DNA of 64,000 nucleotides from Fimicolochytrium jonesii (lineage: Eukaryota), in contig NW_026515669.1 in NCBI RefSeq assembly GCF_025526975.1, positions 434,001-498,000 of the forward strand, read 5' to 3'. Positions 49,357 to 60,440 of the stretch are shown one piece after another (position 1 is the stretch's first letter; the number at the start of each line of letters is the position of its first letter). The position numbers and the translations under genes were made by a program. Below the pieces are notes generated by a model. The model saw nothing but the letters and a program-made list of their open reading frames with translations. It did not search any database and was not told the origin of the DNA.

Positions 49357-50741
49357 ATGCTCGCCCGTGGCCAAACACACTCCGCCAGCTCTATTGAGGT
49401 ATGTGTCTCCCGGATTCTGAAAACCAACTTAACTCCCGCCTTGCAGCGAATGCACTACTAATACACAACTCGATTCCAGGGTGACCCTAGAAGACACCCC
49501 CCTTCCATCAGGCCAACCCCGGGATCTTCCGCAAAAAGCGCAACCGTTTCCCGCACCACAAAGCCCCTACCCGGCCCAACATTCGCGAAAGCCAACAGCA
49601 CGGCGCCATCGTCGAGGACAGCCCCGTCATCCGCCGCGAAAGAGATATGCAGATCGAAGCCGTCTTCGAGGCTGAATCCGGCAGTGGTTAAGCCGTTGGG
49701 GAATAAGAAGCATGAGACGTGAGTTTGTTACAGTGCGTGGGGAGTAACGTAGGGATTGGCGAATGTAGACTGCTAAAGCATGGAATCGATGACTTTGTAG
49801 GGTGTTCAGTGCGATGTATGCTCGCGGAGAGATTCCGTGGTGAGTTTTAGCGCTGGGTTGACGAAACCGATTGGGTTGTAGACTCATCCATCATCTTCGT
49901 TCTAGCCGATTGAATCATGGATCCGTCAAGCACAAGGTACGACCTGGCATCTTAATATCTCGTTCTGGGCATGGCCTGAATGTCGGATGACTAAACCGAA
50001 CTCAATCCTTACTACCCACATCTACAGCTGACCTGGACATCCTACTCTCCGCCGTCAGCCCTTCAACATCTCCTCCCATCCTTCTTCGCCGGCCTCCTCG
50101 AAAAACAACATCCGTACACCCTGCTGAGTCGCCTCGGCATTCAACAAATCCTCGCATCAACCGGGCCCTCATTACCAGCAACATCGTCATCGTTCAGCTC
50201 CACCCCAGCCTTCTCGCTAAACAATTCCCTATCCACCCTCTCAATATCCTCCCAGCCATCCCATTACGATTCTTCACCTGCACCCGGCGCCCATCACAGT
50301 ACTCCAAGGATAACACCCAAACTCCTCAACGAGATCGCACCCCACCTCCGCGCCGCACTTTGCGCAAAAGACACAGCAACAGTGTCTGCCGCATTAGACG
50401 CGTTCGAGGCGCTTATCAACGTCGCGAAAGAGGACGTGTTCGATATCAGAATCGAGGAGAAACCCAAACCTTCTACGTCGTTTGCTAGGAGTGGGGCTGG
50501 GTCGAGGACCGGGCGGGCTAGTGCGTCGAGGGAAGCAGAGCATGACGGTGGTGAAGCCGGGGTCGCGAAAGGAAGCACGCTGTTGAAGGCGGTCATCCCG
50601 CCGATCGCTGCGAGGGTGCTGGATGCGAGGATTGGGGAGAAGTGTGCGGGGACGCTGCGGACGGTGGAGATGTGTTGTGGGCCGAGAGCGTTGGCGGTGC
50701 TGAAGGCTTCTTGTCCGACGTATATTCCTGTTTTCATCTGA
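49357..50741 (+). CDS. PACRGL: PACRG-like protein (ParcG family), 5 exons: 49357-49398, 49480-49718, 49801-49839, 49906-49936, 50028-50741
   Basis: Spliced translation gives [55 protein letters not shown] and C-terminal GPRALAVLKASCPTY. All junctions are GT-AG and in phase. Confidence 0.82.
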
Positions 50742-51654
50742 GGAGGTTTCCGCGAGGAAATTTACACATGTAGCAGAGAGCCCGTTGGAAAGCGATAGAT
50801 TGACAGACTGGCGACAGGCATTGTCAATCTATTCAGTTCTGGAGCGATGAACAGATATTAGTTACCGCTCTGGGGACGAACAAATGGAGAACTAAAATTG
50901 GAACCATATTTCCTTCGCTCGTAGACCAGATCCTTTGACGAGTTTCCAAAAGCTGCGATCAAGTCCGCAGAGGCATTTCGGACAACGAATAACGCTCAAA
51001 ATTTGAGGACTTTTGGATAACAAAGAACATCATAGCAATACACCGCAGAAAATGGACAGTTCGCAAAGAGTATGAGAAGGTGTGTACGCATTGTGTTGAA
51101 TTCAGATATTATGAGAACATGACAAAAAGATATGACAATTGCGGAACTCGGCTACCAAGCCTTTTCCGATGACTCTATGCGGTCCTAAGCCATTTCCGAG
51201 TCATATGCACCTACCGCGATGACCTACCTGTAGTGCCGATATGTGCCGGGACGTATGTGGTAGGATGTGACTTTTGAGCGCGTATTAAGCAGTATGGCAA
51301 GGAGTGTTGAAGATATTGGACGTGGATAGGGGAAGATCCTGGACGCGTAGGACGAAGTATGGCGAGAGATGGTGAACATCTTGAACGCGTTGTAGGCAGA
51401 ATGAGTGGGTAGTAGGCAGTTGGTGAGCGCTTGGTAGCAGCCTGGGAGCAAGTACTGTACTAGTAGGAGCGAGCAGTGTTGAGCCTGTGTTGGTTGTGGT
51501 GGTGGTTAAAGTTTCTTTTACTCGTCTGCTTCCACTCGCGTAGCTAGACTTGCGACAACAGGTGCCGATGGATCAATGCTGTATGAACAAAACGAAACGG
51601 TCTCATCTCCACAAGTGTCATATGTATGCATGGATGTACATAAGAGAGGCTCAT

Positions 51655-53315
51655 CTAAAACTTATACACATCACCCTCAACATATCCCAACTTCTTCAAA
51701 ACACCCCCAATCTTTCCCTGCGTGTAGTCAGGCGCCTTCCCGCCCGACAACGCCTCAAGCATCTGGTTAGGCCCGCAGATAAAGATCTTCTCCTTGGTGG
51801 CGGTCTGCTTGGGTGGGGCAGCGACTTGGGTGATGATCTTTTCGTTGATGTAGCCGACGTCGCCGCGCCAGCCCATTGGGGGCTTTTCGAGGCAGTAGCG
51901 GACTGTGAAGCGGTCGCCGTGGCGCTTTTGGAGGTTGTCGAGGTAGTCTTTCAGTAGGATGTCCTCCTGTGGGTGGGTGCAAAGTACGGGAGTGAGAACG
52001 TGAAACGACCAGATGTTGCGAGAGAAAGACATAAGGGATGCAAATTACCTCAGCGATGTTGGCAAACACAAGAGTCATTTTGGTCTTGTCCTCAGGGTTG
52101 TGGGTAATGCGTTGTATAAGCTGGAGCATGGGTGTAATTCCCGTTCCACCAGCGAGCAATGTGATGTGGTCAAACTCGTTGGCTTTGTAGGGGAACTTCG
52201 GGTTGGGACCCTTGATGTCAAGGGTGTCTCCGGGCTTCAGGTTGAAGATGTGGGTCGACATGGGGCCGTCTACAATATGCAAGTCAGGAAACATTGCATC
52301 CATTGTGCCTAAAACAGAGACACCAGCTTATACGTACTGGGGTACTTCTTGATAATCATATCAAAGTAACCGGTATATCCGTCAGCGGGGTCCTCAACGG
52401 GGGTGTATGGCCGCACAACAACGTTCGGCTTGCCATCGGGCTTCTTGCCGTCGACAAACTTGGTCAAGACGCAAGAGGCGGTAGGGAGACCCAACTCAGT
52501 GGTTCCCTCCGGCAGGGCGAAGCGGAAGCGCTTGGTGTTGTGGTTGACGTCGGAGACCTAATGTGCATGGGCACAAGGAATGTCGTGAGTTGCGAAACGA
52601 AGAGATTCCATGTATCGTACGGCTCCATCCTTTCCCATCCCATGCCGATGTTGCGCTTGTCAACGGGAACCTCCAGGAATCTTCTCTCTTCTCCCTATAT
52701 ATCTCGCAACCTACCTCCTTCAACGCAAACGGCAAGAACGACTTCCCATCGAGCGCAGCTACAGGGTTTTCGCGAGCCTTCTTGTCCAGCTTAGCCTTGA
52801 TCAGCGCTTGTCCTTCCGCCTTATTTTGTTGTTGCCAATAGTAGACTATAGAACGTCGAAGAGAATGGGAACTAAAACGTTAGACAATTGTGGGTGGGAC
52901 ACCATTCCGTTCACGAACCGGGATGCGTCCTGCAAGCCGTGTAAATCCAGCCCGCTATGTTTCCTCGCTATTGGGACCGGCGGTCATCGTCATGATCTAC
53001 TGAGCCTCCCGCCCAACGGCTGATTTCAACGCAACGTCCGTTCAACCTTAAACTACCCTTCCTATCCACCCCATCTCGCAGATTTCCCAGCCACTCCCTC
53101 CAGATTCCCGCACAAGCCAACTCACCACCAGCAGTCAGCACAGTCGGAACAGCCAAGACTTTCACGATGGTATTAAAAGAAATGCCTCCACTTCCTCCAG
53201 GGGGTGGTGGAAGGGGCACGGCGCCTGCTCCAGCGGGCCCCGAAGCGTAGCTGCGCAGACCGCCGAGGGCGAAGGCAGACTTGAGGGCGCCGCGGGCTGT
53301 TGTTGACCAGGACAT
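51655..53315 (-). CDS. MCR1: Mitochondrial NADH-cytochrome b5 reductase, multi-exon
   Basis: Presequence ending RSYAS, NHNTKRFRFAL, GLPTASC, VVRPYTP, GPMSTHI, LLAGGTGITPMLQ, IFICGP, VYKF-stop. Confidence 0.92.
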
Positions 53316-54332
53316 TTTGGTGTTGATGAAGTGGGGTGTGATGCGAAGGGATGGATGGGGCGGATTTTCTCGAAGTCGAAGTCCGGAAGTCGATCGAGCA
53401 GGCGCGTCCGACGTCACAAAAAGCCGCACAAAGCCTCGCCAATTGCACAGAATTCGGTACAGCATTGCACCGCTCGAAAACACCATAAAAACCTCTCGTC
53501 AATATGCCTCTACCACGCAATTTCATCACCGCGGAAACGCTCAAGGTATGTATCAATGCTGGGACCGTTGTCTAAATTGACGAGCGAAACGACGCGGAGT
53601 TTTTTGCTCCGGTCAATTCCGCTTTCTCACTCAGTTCCCCTTGACTTTCTCGATCTCTTCATAGTTCGGCGTGTATATTCTCTTCCCGGTCGGCGTCCTC
53701 TATTTGTTCAACAGGCCCGACTTGCAGGAGAGGTTAACGAAGGAGCAGGTATGGGAGGGCATTCGCGCGTGTTCAGTGCACTTCCCACCCAACATGGCTT
53801 ACGAGCGCCGGTGGGGTCTTCGGCTCATATCTCGAATTTTTTGAACAGATGGATACGATAAACACGTTCAGAGTACCAGAAGACCAATTATTTGTGAGTA
53901 CGACCGGGTCTTTGCTCTGTGTATGTGGGTTGTGCCAGTCGAAGACTATTGGGCACCCACCCGACTAGCCTAGTTGACATCCCAGACTGACCAAAGGATT
54001 CCTCTGTCTCGGCCCTATCAGAAACTACCGAGTAATATGACCGAAGTCAGGGAGGAGGTGGGTTGATGTTGCCATTCGGCCCGGCTGGTGTCGGTAACAC
54101 CTACGATGGTGTCTGATTCCATCCGATCGAACTGACGGCTCTGCATCTAGACTGCACGACTGCGTCGATTACGACAGGAGCGAAAACAGCAGCAGACTAC
54201 AGAGACTTCCAGTTCCGCCTGATGCGACTGTGACGTTGTGACCCTGGAGGGATCGTGTGATGATGGGACGTGGGTATACGCATTCGCGACGGTTGTTGCA
54301 GCGAAGCTGATGCATGGCTCACTCGACGAGCA

Positions 54333-55540
54333 TCACTTCCTGCCGTCCCGTTTCCGGAACGCAAAGGCCATATAGAGCCCTGCGAACCGGTCCAAGTCAG
54401 TGATCCGTACGAGAAGGGGTATTCACCGCCCGAACGGAATGGGGCGCCGAACATACCTGTTGATTCCCATTCATCTGCGGACATTGTTCCTTGATCGTTT
54501 ACAACGTTCATTCGATATAGCAGCTCCTTGTACTGAGGATCTCGCGACTCCTCCTCATACAGCTCGTGCAATGGCTTCTTGTAAACTAGTTCAAGTCCGT
54601 ATTCTGATGCGAGCCTAAGTTAAAATGATACTGTTAGACCCTGAATCAAATGTCTCAAAGCTAGATACGCGGACACGTACCGTTCGAAAGTGCGAAAGTT
54701 GACCAGGTACTCTGGACAATCATCTATTGCATCCTTCAGTTCGAACCAGTACTTGTGTCCAAACTCCTTATACGGCCGCTTCGTCTCAAACTTGATCTTC
54801 AAAATACTGTTGCCGAACTCCAGCCCCTCCGCCGCCTCCACTTTCCGCACCAACCAGTATGCATTCGGTATCGTCCCAATGAACATGCCGCCAGGCCGCA
54901 GATTCCCCGTAATATTCTTCAACCCCATCCGCACCTTCTCCTCCGTCTCAAACGAGTAATGAAACGCAAACTGGCAATTCACCAGATCAAACACGTGATC
55001 CGGCCTCGGTAACCGGTCCACGATGCGCTCCGTGAAGCAATCCGCCGCAAAGAACTTGGCCTGGAACCGACTGCCCCGCCCCTGCGCGAACCGCTGCTGT
55101 GCCTGTTCTATTGACACGTCCGCGATATCCACGCCCACAAGGTGGTTGATGTTCGCTTTGCTCCATTTCAACAGATCCCCGCCCTTCCCGCAGCAGAAAT
55201 CGAGGACGTTGTCGCCTCGTCGAGTGTACTTGTTGATGAGCACGGACTTTACCCAGTTGTTGAAGTTCTTTAGCTGGAGGATGGGCGAATCTTTGCGCTT
55301 TTCGCGGCCGACTTCGGGGCGGGCGTTGTAATGTTGCGCGACGACTCGGGCTGAAAGGTCGTCTTTGGCGACGGCGGGAGAGGGTTTGAGGTATTTGGTG
55401 GGCGGTGCTGGGGTTTCAGGCGGTGTCCTGTCGTCTCTATCGTCCAAAGGCCTTTTCCGGCTTGGTTCTGCGGGGCGCTTGTCGATATTGACGTGTTGTT
55501 CGGAGCGAGACCCTGCCTGCCGTGCGACGTTGTCACCCAT
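54333..55540 (-). CDS. ABD1: mRNA cap guanine-N7 methyltransferase, 3 exons
   Basis: VAQHYN, SPILQLKNFNNWVKSVLI, VLDFCCGKGGDLLKW, CQFAFHYSFE, GGMFIGTIP, DCPEYLV, last exon LYMAFAFRKR. Confidence 0.95.
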
Positions 55541-55975
55541 TGCGACTTGAATATGTCGCAAGAAGGTTGGCGATGGGACTGGGGAAACGCAGGATTGTGA
55601 TGGTTTTGGTGTTCAGCGCTGTTGAGAAAAAGGAAGTGGACAGAGTGGAAATGACAAGCTGTCAGAAGTGTGGACGTGTTGATAGCCGAAACAGCTAACC
55701 ATACCTACGTAGCCATGGACCGAGAGCGAAAATTGGCTTGGACCACAGAACCAAGACAACACTGTAACAAAGAATATGTATACCAGCCATACGCAGACTA
55801 TTCAATGATCCTAAATACATGCTACATCGCTCGCCTACAGTGGTTCCTCCGCCGCCGAAGCCCTATCAAATGACTCGAAGCGACGGATTCGTTTTGGGGG
55901 GTATTAAAGGTTCCATTCACTGCCCTCGGACAAGCCTATTTGACATTCTCCATTTCGCCACCCGCTCGTTAGGCC

Positions 55976-56795
55976 TTACGCTCCGAGAACAAGGCGGAAG
56001 ATGTCTATCAACGGCGGCAGACATAGTGGATAAGTATCATCATGCGAGAGTAAAGACGGAAGATGGAAGCTTCACTAACCGTTGTACACGAAGAAACTAG
56101 CGCCTTCGGGGTACAAGTGGAACGTTTGTGTGAAGAACTGGGTGGTAGTCTCCTCGTCGATCTGGAAATATGATACAATCAATTTGAAGTCTCTGGGCTG
56201 ACAATTTCCGTGCGCCCGTGCTTCAACACGACAGTCGGCGTAAACATGATCGTAACTCTGGCGAGGTCTCCGCGGCAGCCATGCCTCCGAATCAGACCAT
56301 CTCCTCTAGCCTACCTGAAGCTGGCCGGTCACCGTAACGAGGATGCTTCCGTTAGGACTTCCTGGCTGGGCGTCGCATGTAGAGATGACGTGGCGGACCT
56401 TTTGAAAGGGCAGGCTCTGAGAGATTGAGGAAGTTTGTGTTATTCCCAGATCTTATCGCATCACAGAAGGTTTTCGTCTCGACAAGTGACGGAGGGAGTA
56501 ATCTCCAGGCGTCCGACTTACAGTGAGCTTCTCGACGATAGCGGCAGAGCCGGATGTTTGCTGACCCTCAAACGAGAGCATAGAGATATCTTTCTATGAT
56601 TTGTGGAATGCGGTCAGCTAAGTGCTCCATGTACGGATAACGACTCTCACAGAGGGATGGTGGGAAAACCAGCGAGATTGTGCAAACAAGACTTGTGAGA
56701 CGTACGTAGAGGGGACCGAGAGACGCCCTGTTTGCGTCGAAGGTCTGGTAGTAGTAGTCGACGAACTGCCTTGCGACGACGCTGGGGTCTGCCAT
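55976..56795 (-). CDS. NTF2: Nuclear transport factor 2, 5 exons
   Basis: MADPSVVARQFVDYYYQTFDANR / SMLSFEG / SLPFQKVRH..TCDAQP / FTQTFHL..FFVYN / DIFRL. Confidence 0.93.
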
Positions 56796-57264
56796 TGTTG
56801 CTGGTTTGTTATGAGGGCGCTTGGGGGATGTCCAGAAGATGGATGAGCGGTTGCAACTTGCGAACAGTCGACGATAGCTGAGGACGGTGGGCAAGATGTT
56901 GAGATGGGCCGACAACTTAAATGCGAGTCACGTGCGCTGGCTTAAACCACCTCAGCGGCCGGCGCATTGTGGTGGCGCCTCGATGGTGTTGTTGGTGCGT
57001 TGGATTTGGGTCGTCGCCTGGGAATATCTGCCCGTGTTTGTCGAGGAGCTATATACAAGAGCTAGCTATTCCTGTCACCACGTCCTTTCTCCCAACGTAA
57101 AGTAAGAAGAACCCTAGTCCCATATCCTCAGGAACGCTTGGAAACAGCACTTCCTAATCCCACCGTCGGTAAGTTGATGACGGGACTTTTTGGACAGTCG
57201 CCACGAGGTCAAACGCGTGACACTCTCTCTCATCACGGTCTCATCGCATCTTTCGTCAGGTCAA

Positions 57265-60173
57265 ATGGCTGCTCTTGCTGAGGCCACTCCGCCATTCAGC
57301 GTCGATGGGAACACTGGAGGTTCTATTGAACCCGGGAAAGTCTACGTGAAGGCAATTTGGGACTATGAAGCCGTTGAAGACAACGAGCTGCAGTTGAAAG
57401 CTGGGGATGTCGTTGAGGTTGTGGAACTCTGCAACAACGACTGGTACGAAGGAAAGGTTATCGCGAGCGAGGGAAGGCAGGGGCCCGATATCTTAGGATT
57501 TTTCCCGGCTACCCGTGTGGCATTCTTGGAAACATACCCACAAACTTTGCTGGACACGTTGAAGCCGAATGAAGACGAACATGTCCCTGCAGCAGGGTCA
57601 CCGCATAAGAAGAGCCCCACTGCAGCGACGCCACAGATTGCAGGACCATCACCAGCTGCCGCAAAGAAGGCATCTGAGAGCTCAGGCGCTGTGGAAACGG
57701 GCGCACCCGCTACCCTCGTGCAGACAGAGCCATCGACCACCAAACGCGACGCGGACGCGAAACCGACCAACGAGCTCGATGCGAAAGGGGACTCTGTATG
57801 GCTGCCAGTAACGAGCTCAGACGGGCGACGTTATTTCTGGAATTCGCTTACTGGTGAAAGCAGATGGCGACCGGTCGAAGGGGAAGCACCCGCCCCAGCA
57901 GCTCATAAAGACGAAGACCTTACAAAGGACTGGCCAACAGAGGTCGTTAACTATCCCGATGAAGAGGAGGACGATGAGGATCCGTTTACGGATCATGTAC
58001 TTCCTCAGACGCGTGATAGTCTGCTCGATACCGAAATAGAGGCGTTGCCTACTCCGTTGACTACAGCGCCTTATATCCTCCATGAGGAACCTGAAGTACG
58101 TGCAGCTGTGTTGCTTTCTGATTCATCCTTCCACTCACTAGTGGAGAACATAGGACGGTGGAAACGGAGACACTTCAGCCCGAAACGCCATGTCGTCACC
58201 CGATTCACCATCCAAAGCGCCTCCACCTCCTCCACCTCCACCACCGGTTATGAACTTTCCCGCAACACCAGTCGATTCCAGCTCCGACCCCGAGTTATTG
58301 TCTCTCGCTAAACTAGAAGGGGTTCCACCCGAAATCATCCGCCGAGAAGGATACCTGTTCACAAAGCTGAAAAAGCAGGCGCCGTCGAAGAACTCTCTCA
58401 AAAAGACCGGAGGTTCCTGGACGCAGCATTGGGCGATCCTCTGCGTTGGATTCTTGTTCCTGTTCAAGGACCAAGCGGGGAAGACAACACAGAGGAAGCC
58501 CTTGCATATTATCAAAATCGACTATGTTACGGTGGAAGAGGTTGGCAAGGAGCTTACGAAGAAGAAGGGGGCATTCAGCGTTGCGACGGAGAACGGTGCT
58601 GTCTGGTTGATCAATCCCTCGAGGGATGGTGAGATGCATGAATGGATGGATGCTATCACCGAGGCGAGTCGCGAGAGGAGTACGGCAGCCGAGGTATGAA
58701 GTGCCCAATCTCGGCAGTTCCATTACTATCCCCGCTGAGTGTGAACATGTTCCAGTACGAGAACTCCCGCTCCAAGCTGTTACAACGCTCCGAAGCGAAC
58801 CTCCCGCGATCCAACAGCAAAGGCAACATCCCTCGATCCGGCAGCGGCGAAGGGCTCAGCCGCTCCTCTACACTTCTCGGCGAAAAGGAGTCATCGGCAC
58901 CAGGAACCCCGCGCGGGAAATCAGAGAAAGTGCCACACAGTCGCCGGTCGACAAAGACCCTTGATCCGGACGAGGTGCCGTATGAGGGCAGGAAGAATAA
59001 TGTGAAGAGCAAGATTGGAGCGTTCTTGTTTAAGAGGCCGAGCGTGGATAAGTTGAAGGAGAAGGGGATTATTCTGGATGAGTGTACGTTGTGCGGAGTT
59101 GCCGCTGTGTGAAGGGTAAAACCTTATGATGGCTCCGGAATTTGCAGCCGAGGACATATTCGGAGGCAATCTTGCGTCACAAGTCAAGGATTCGGGGAAA
59201 CTGGTCCCAACGGTGGTTGAGTTATGTGTTGCCGAAGTTGATAAGCGAGGTCAGCATGGCCGTTTGACTTTTGCTATCGGCATTCTAGCTACCTGGCCAT
59301 TGACAGCTCACAACCGATTTTCGGCAGGATTGACATCGCAAGGCATATATCGACTGTCGGGCAATGCATCAACAGTTCAAAAAATCCGGCAGCTGTTCAA
59401 TGCTCGTATGTGGCCCATCGCACAGTAACCATTTGTGCAACCTTGATCACTAAACTTCACATATAACATGTAGATGAGCCAACGAATCTGGATGACGATG
59501 GCTTGGACATCAACGCAATCGCCAGTGCTCTGAAACGTATGCGATCTTCCGGGAAAGAGGCGCTGCTGTATGGCCAGCACTCAAGCTAATCACGTTTCTT
59601 CCCATTCTGCAGTATATTTCAGGGAACTGAAAGACCCGTTGATACCTTACGCCTTCTTTGACGGAATCATAACCGCAGCTAGTAAGTTTTGATGCGAGGA
59701 CTCATATCTCCGTCGGCTCTGAGGTTGACACCGTTTTCCTTCCTTTTAGAAATCCAAGACTATGATACCCGCCTGATCGAGTTGAAAACCATCATTCAGT
59801 CGCTACCACGGCCAAACTATGATACCCTGGAGTTTATGCTCCGACATTTATCGAGGTAGCGTTTAGTTTGGAAAAGGCCGTTGGGGCAGACCGATGTTTC
59901 GAACGGCGATTTCTGAGGGTCATATCCGATGAGAGCATCCCTGAACATTTCTTCCTATCCTCTTCACGACACGATAGAGTCACAGCACATTCGGGAGAAA
60001 ACAAGATGGAAGCGAGCAACATCGCCATCGTCTTCGGCCCGACTCTGATTCGACCAAAGGAGGACGCGACCAGCAGCGGGTATGCGGATATACTCAACAT
60101 GACCTGGCAGAACACCGTCGTCGAAAGTATCCTTGTGCAGGTTGACTGGGTGTTTGATGGGAAGGCGGATTGA
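57265..60173 (+). CDS. RhoGAP with SH3, WW and PH domains (ARHGAP9/12/15/27-like architecture), multi-exon
   Basis: SH3 AIWDYEAVEDNELQL..DWYEG..GFFP; WW WLPVTSSDGRRYFWNSLTGESRWRP; PH RREGYL..SWTQHWAIL..EWMDAI; KRPSVDKLKEKGII; GAP GIYRLSG, YFRELKDPL, NKMEASNIAIVFGPTL. Confidence 0.92.
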
Positions 60174-60440
60174 GGAGACGGACATCTGCTCCATCTTCGT
60201 TCATACCAGCATAGTTTCGCGGACTTCGTTGCGGAGGTGTCGTGCGGTAGGTAGCAAGGAATGATTCCCTTTTACGCTAGTGAGGCAGAAGTCGACTAGG
60301 CAGCGAGGGGTCCATGCGGATGGGAACGACATTCTGAATCTGGCTACCATCCCATGTCGGATAATCGCATATACATGCTTCTACGCAGCAATTCGATACA
60401 TCAAAGCAATAGAATGGTGCCATCCCACATTCCTCGTTCA

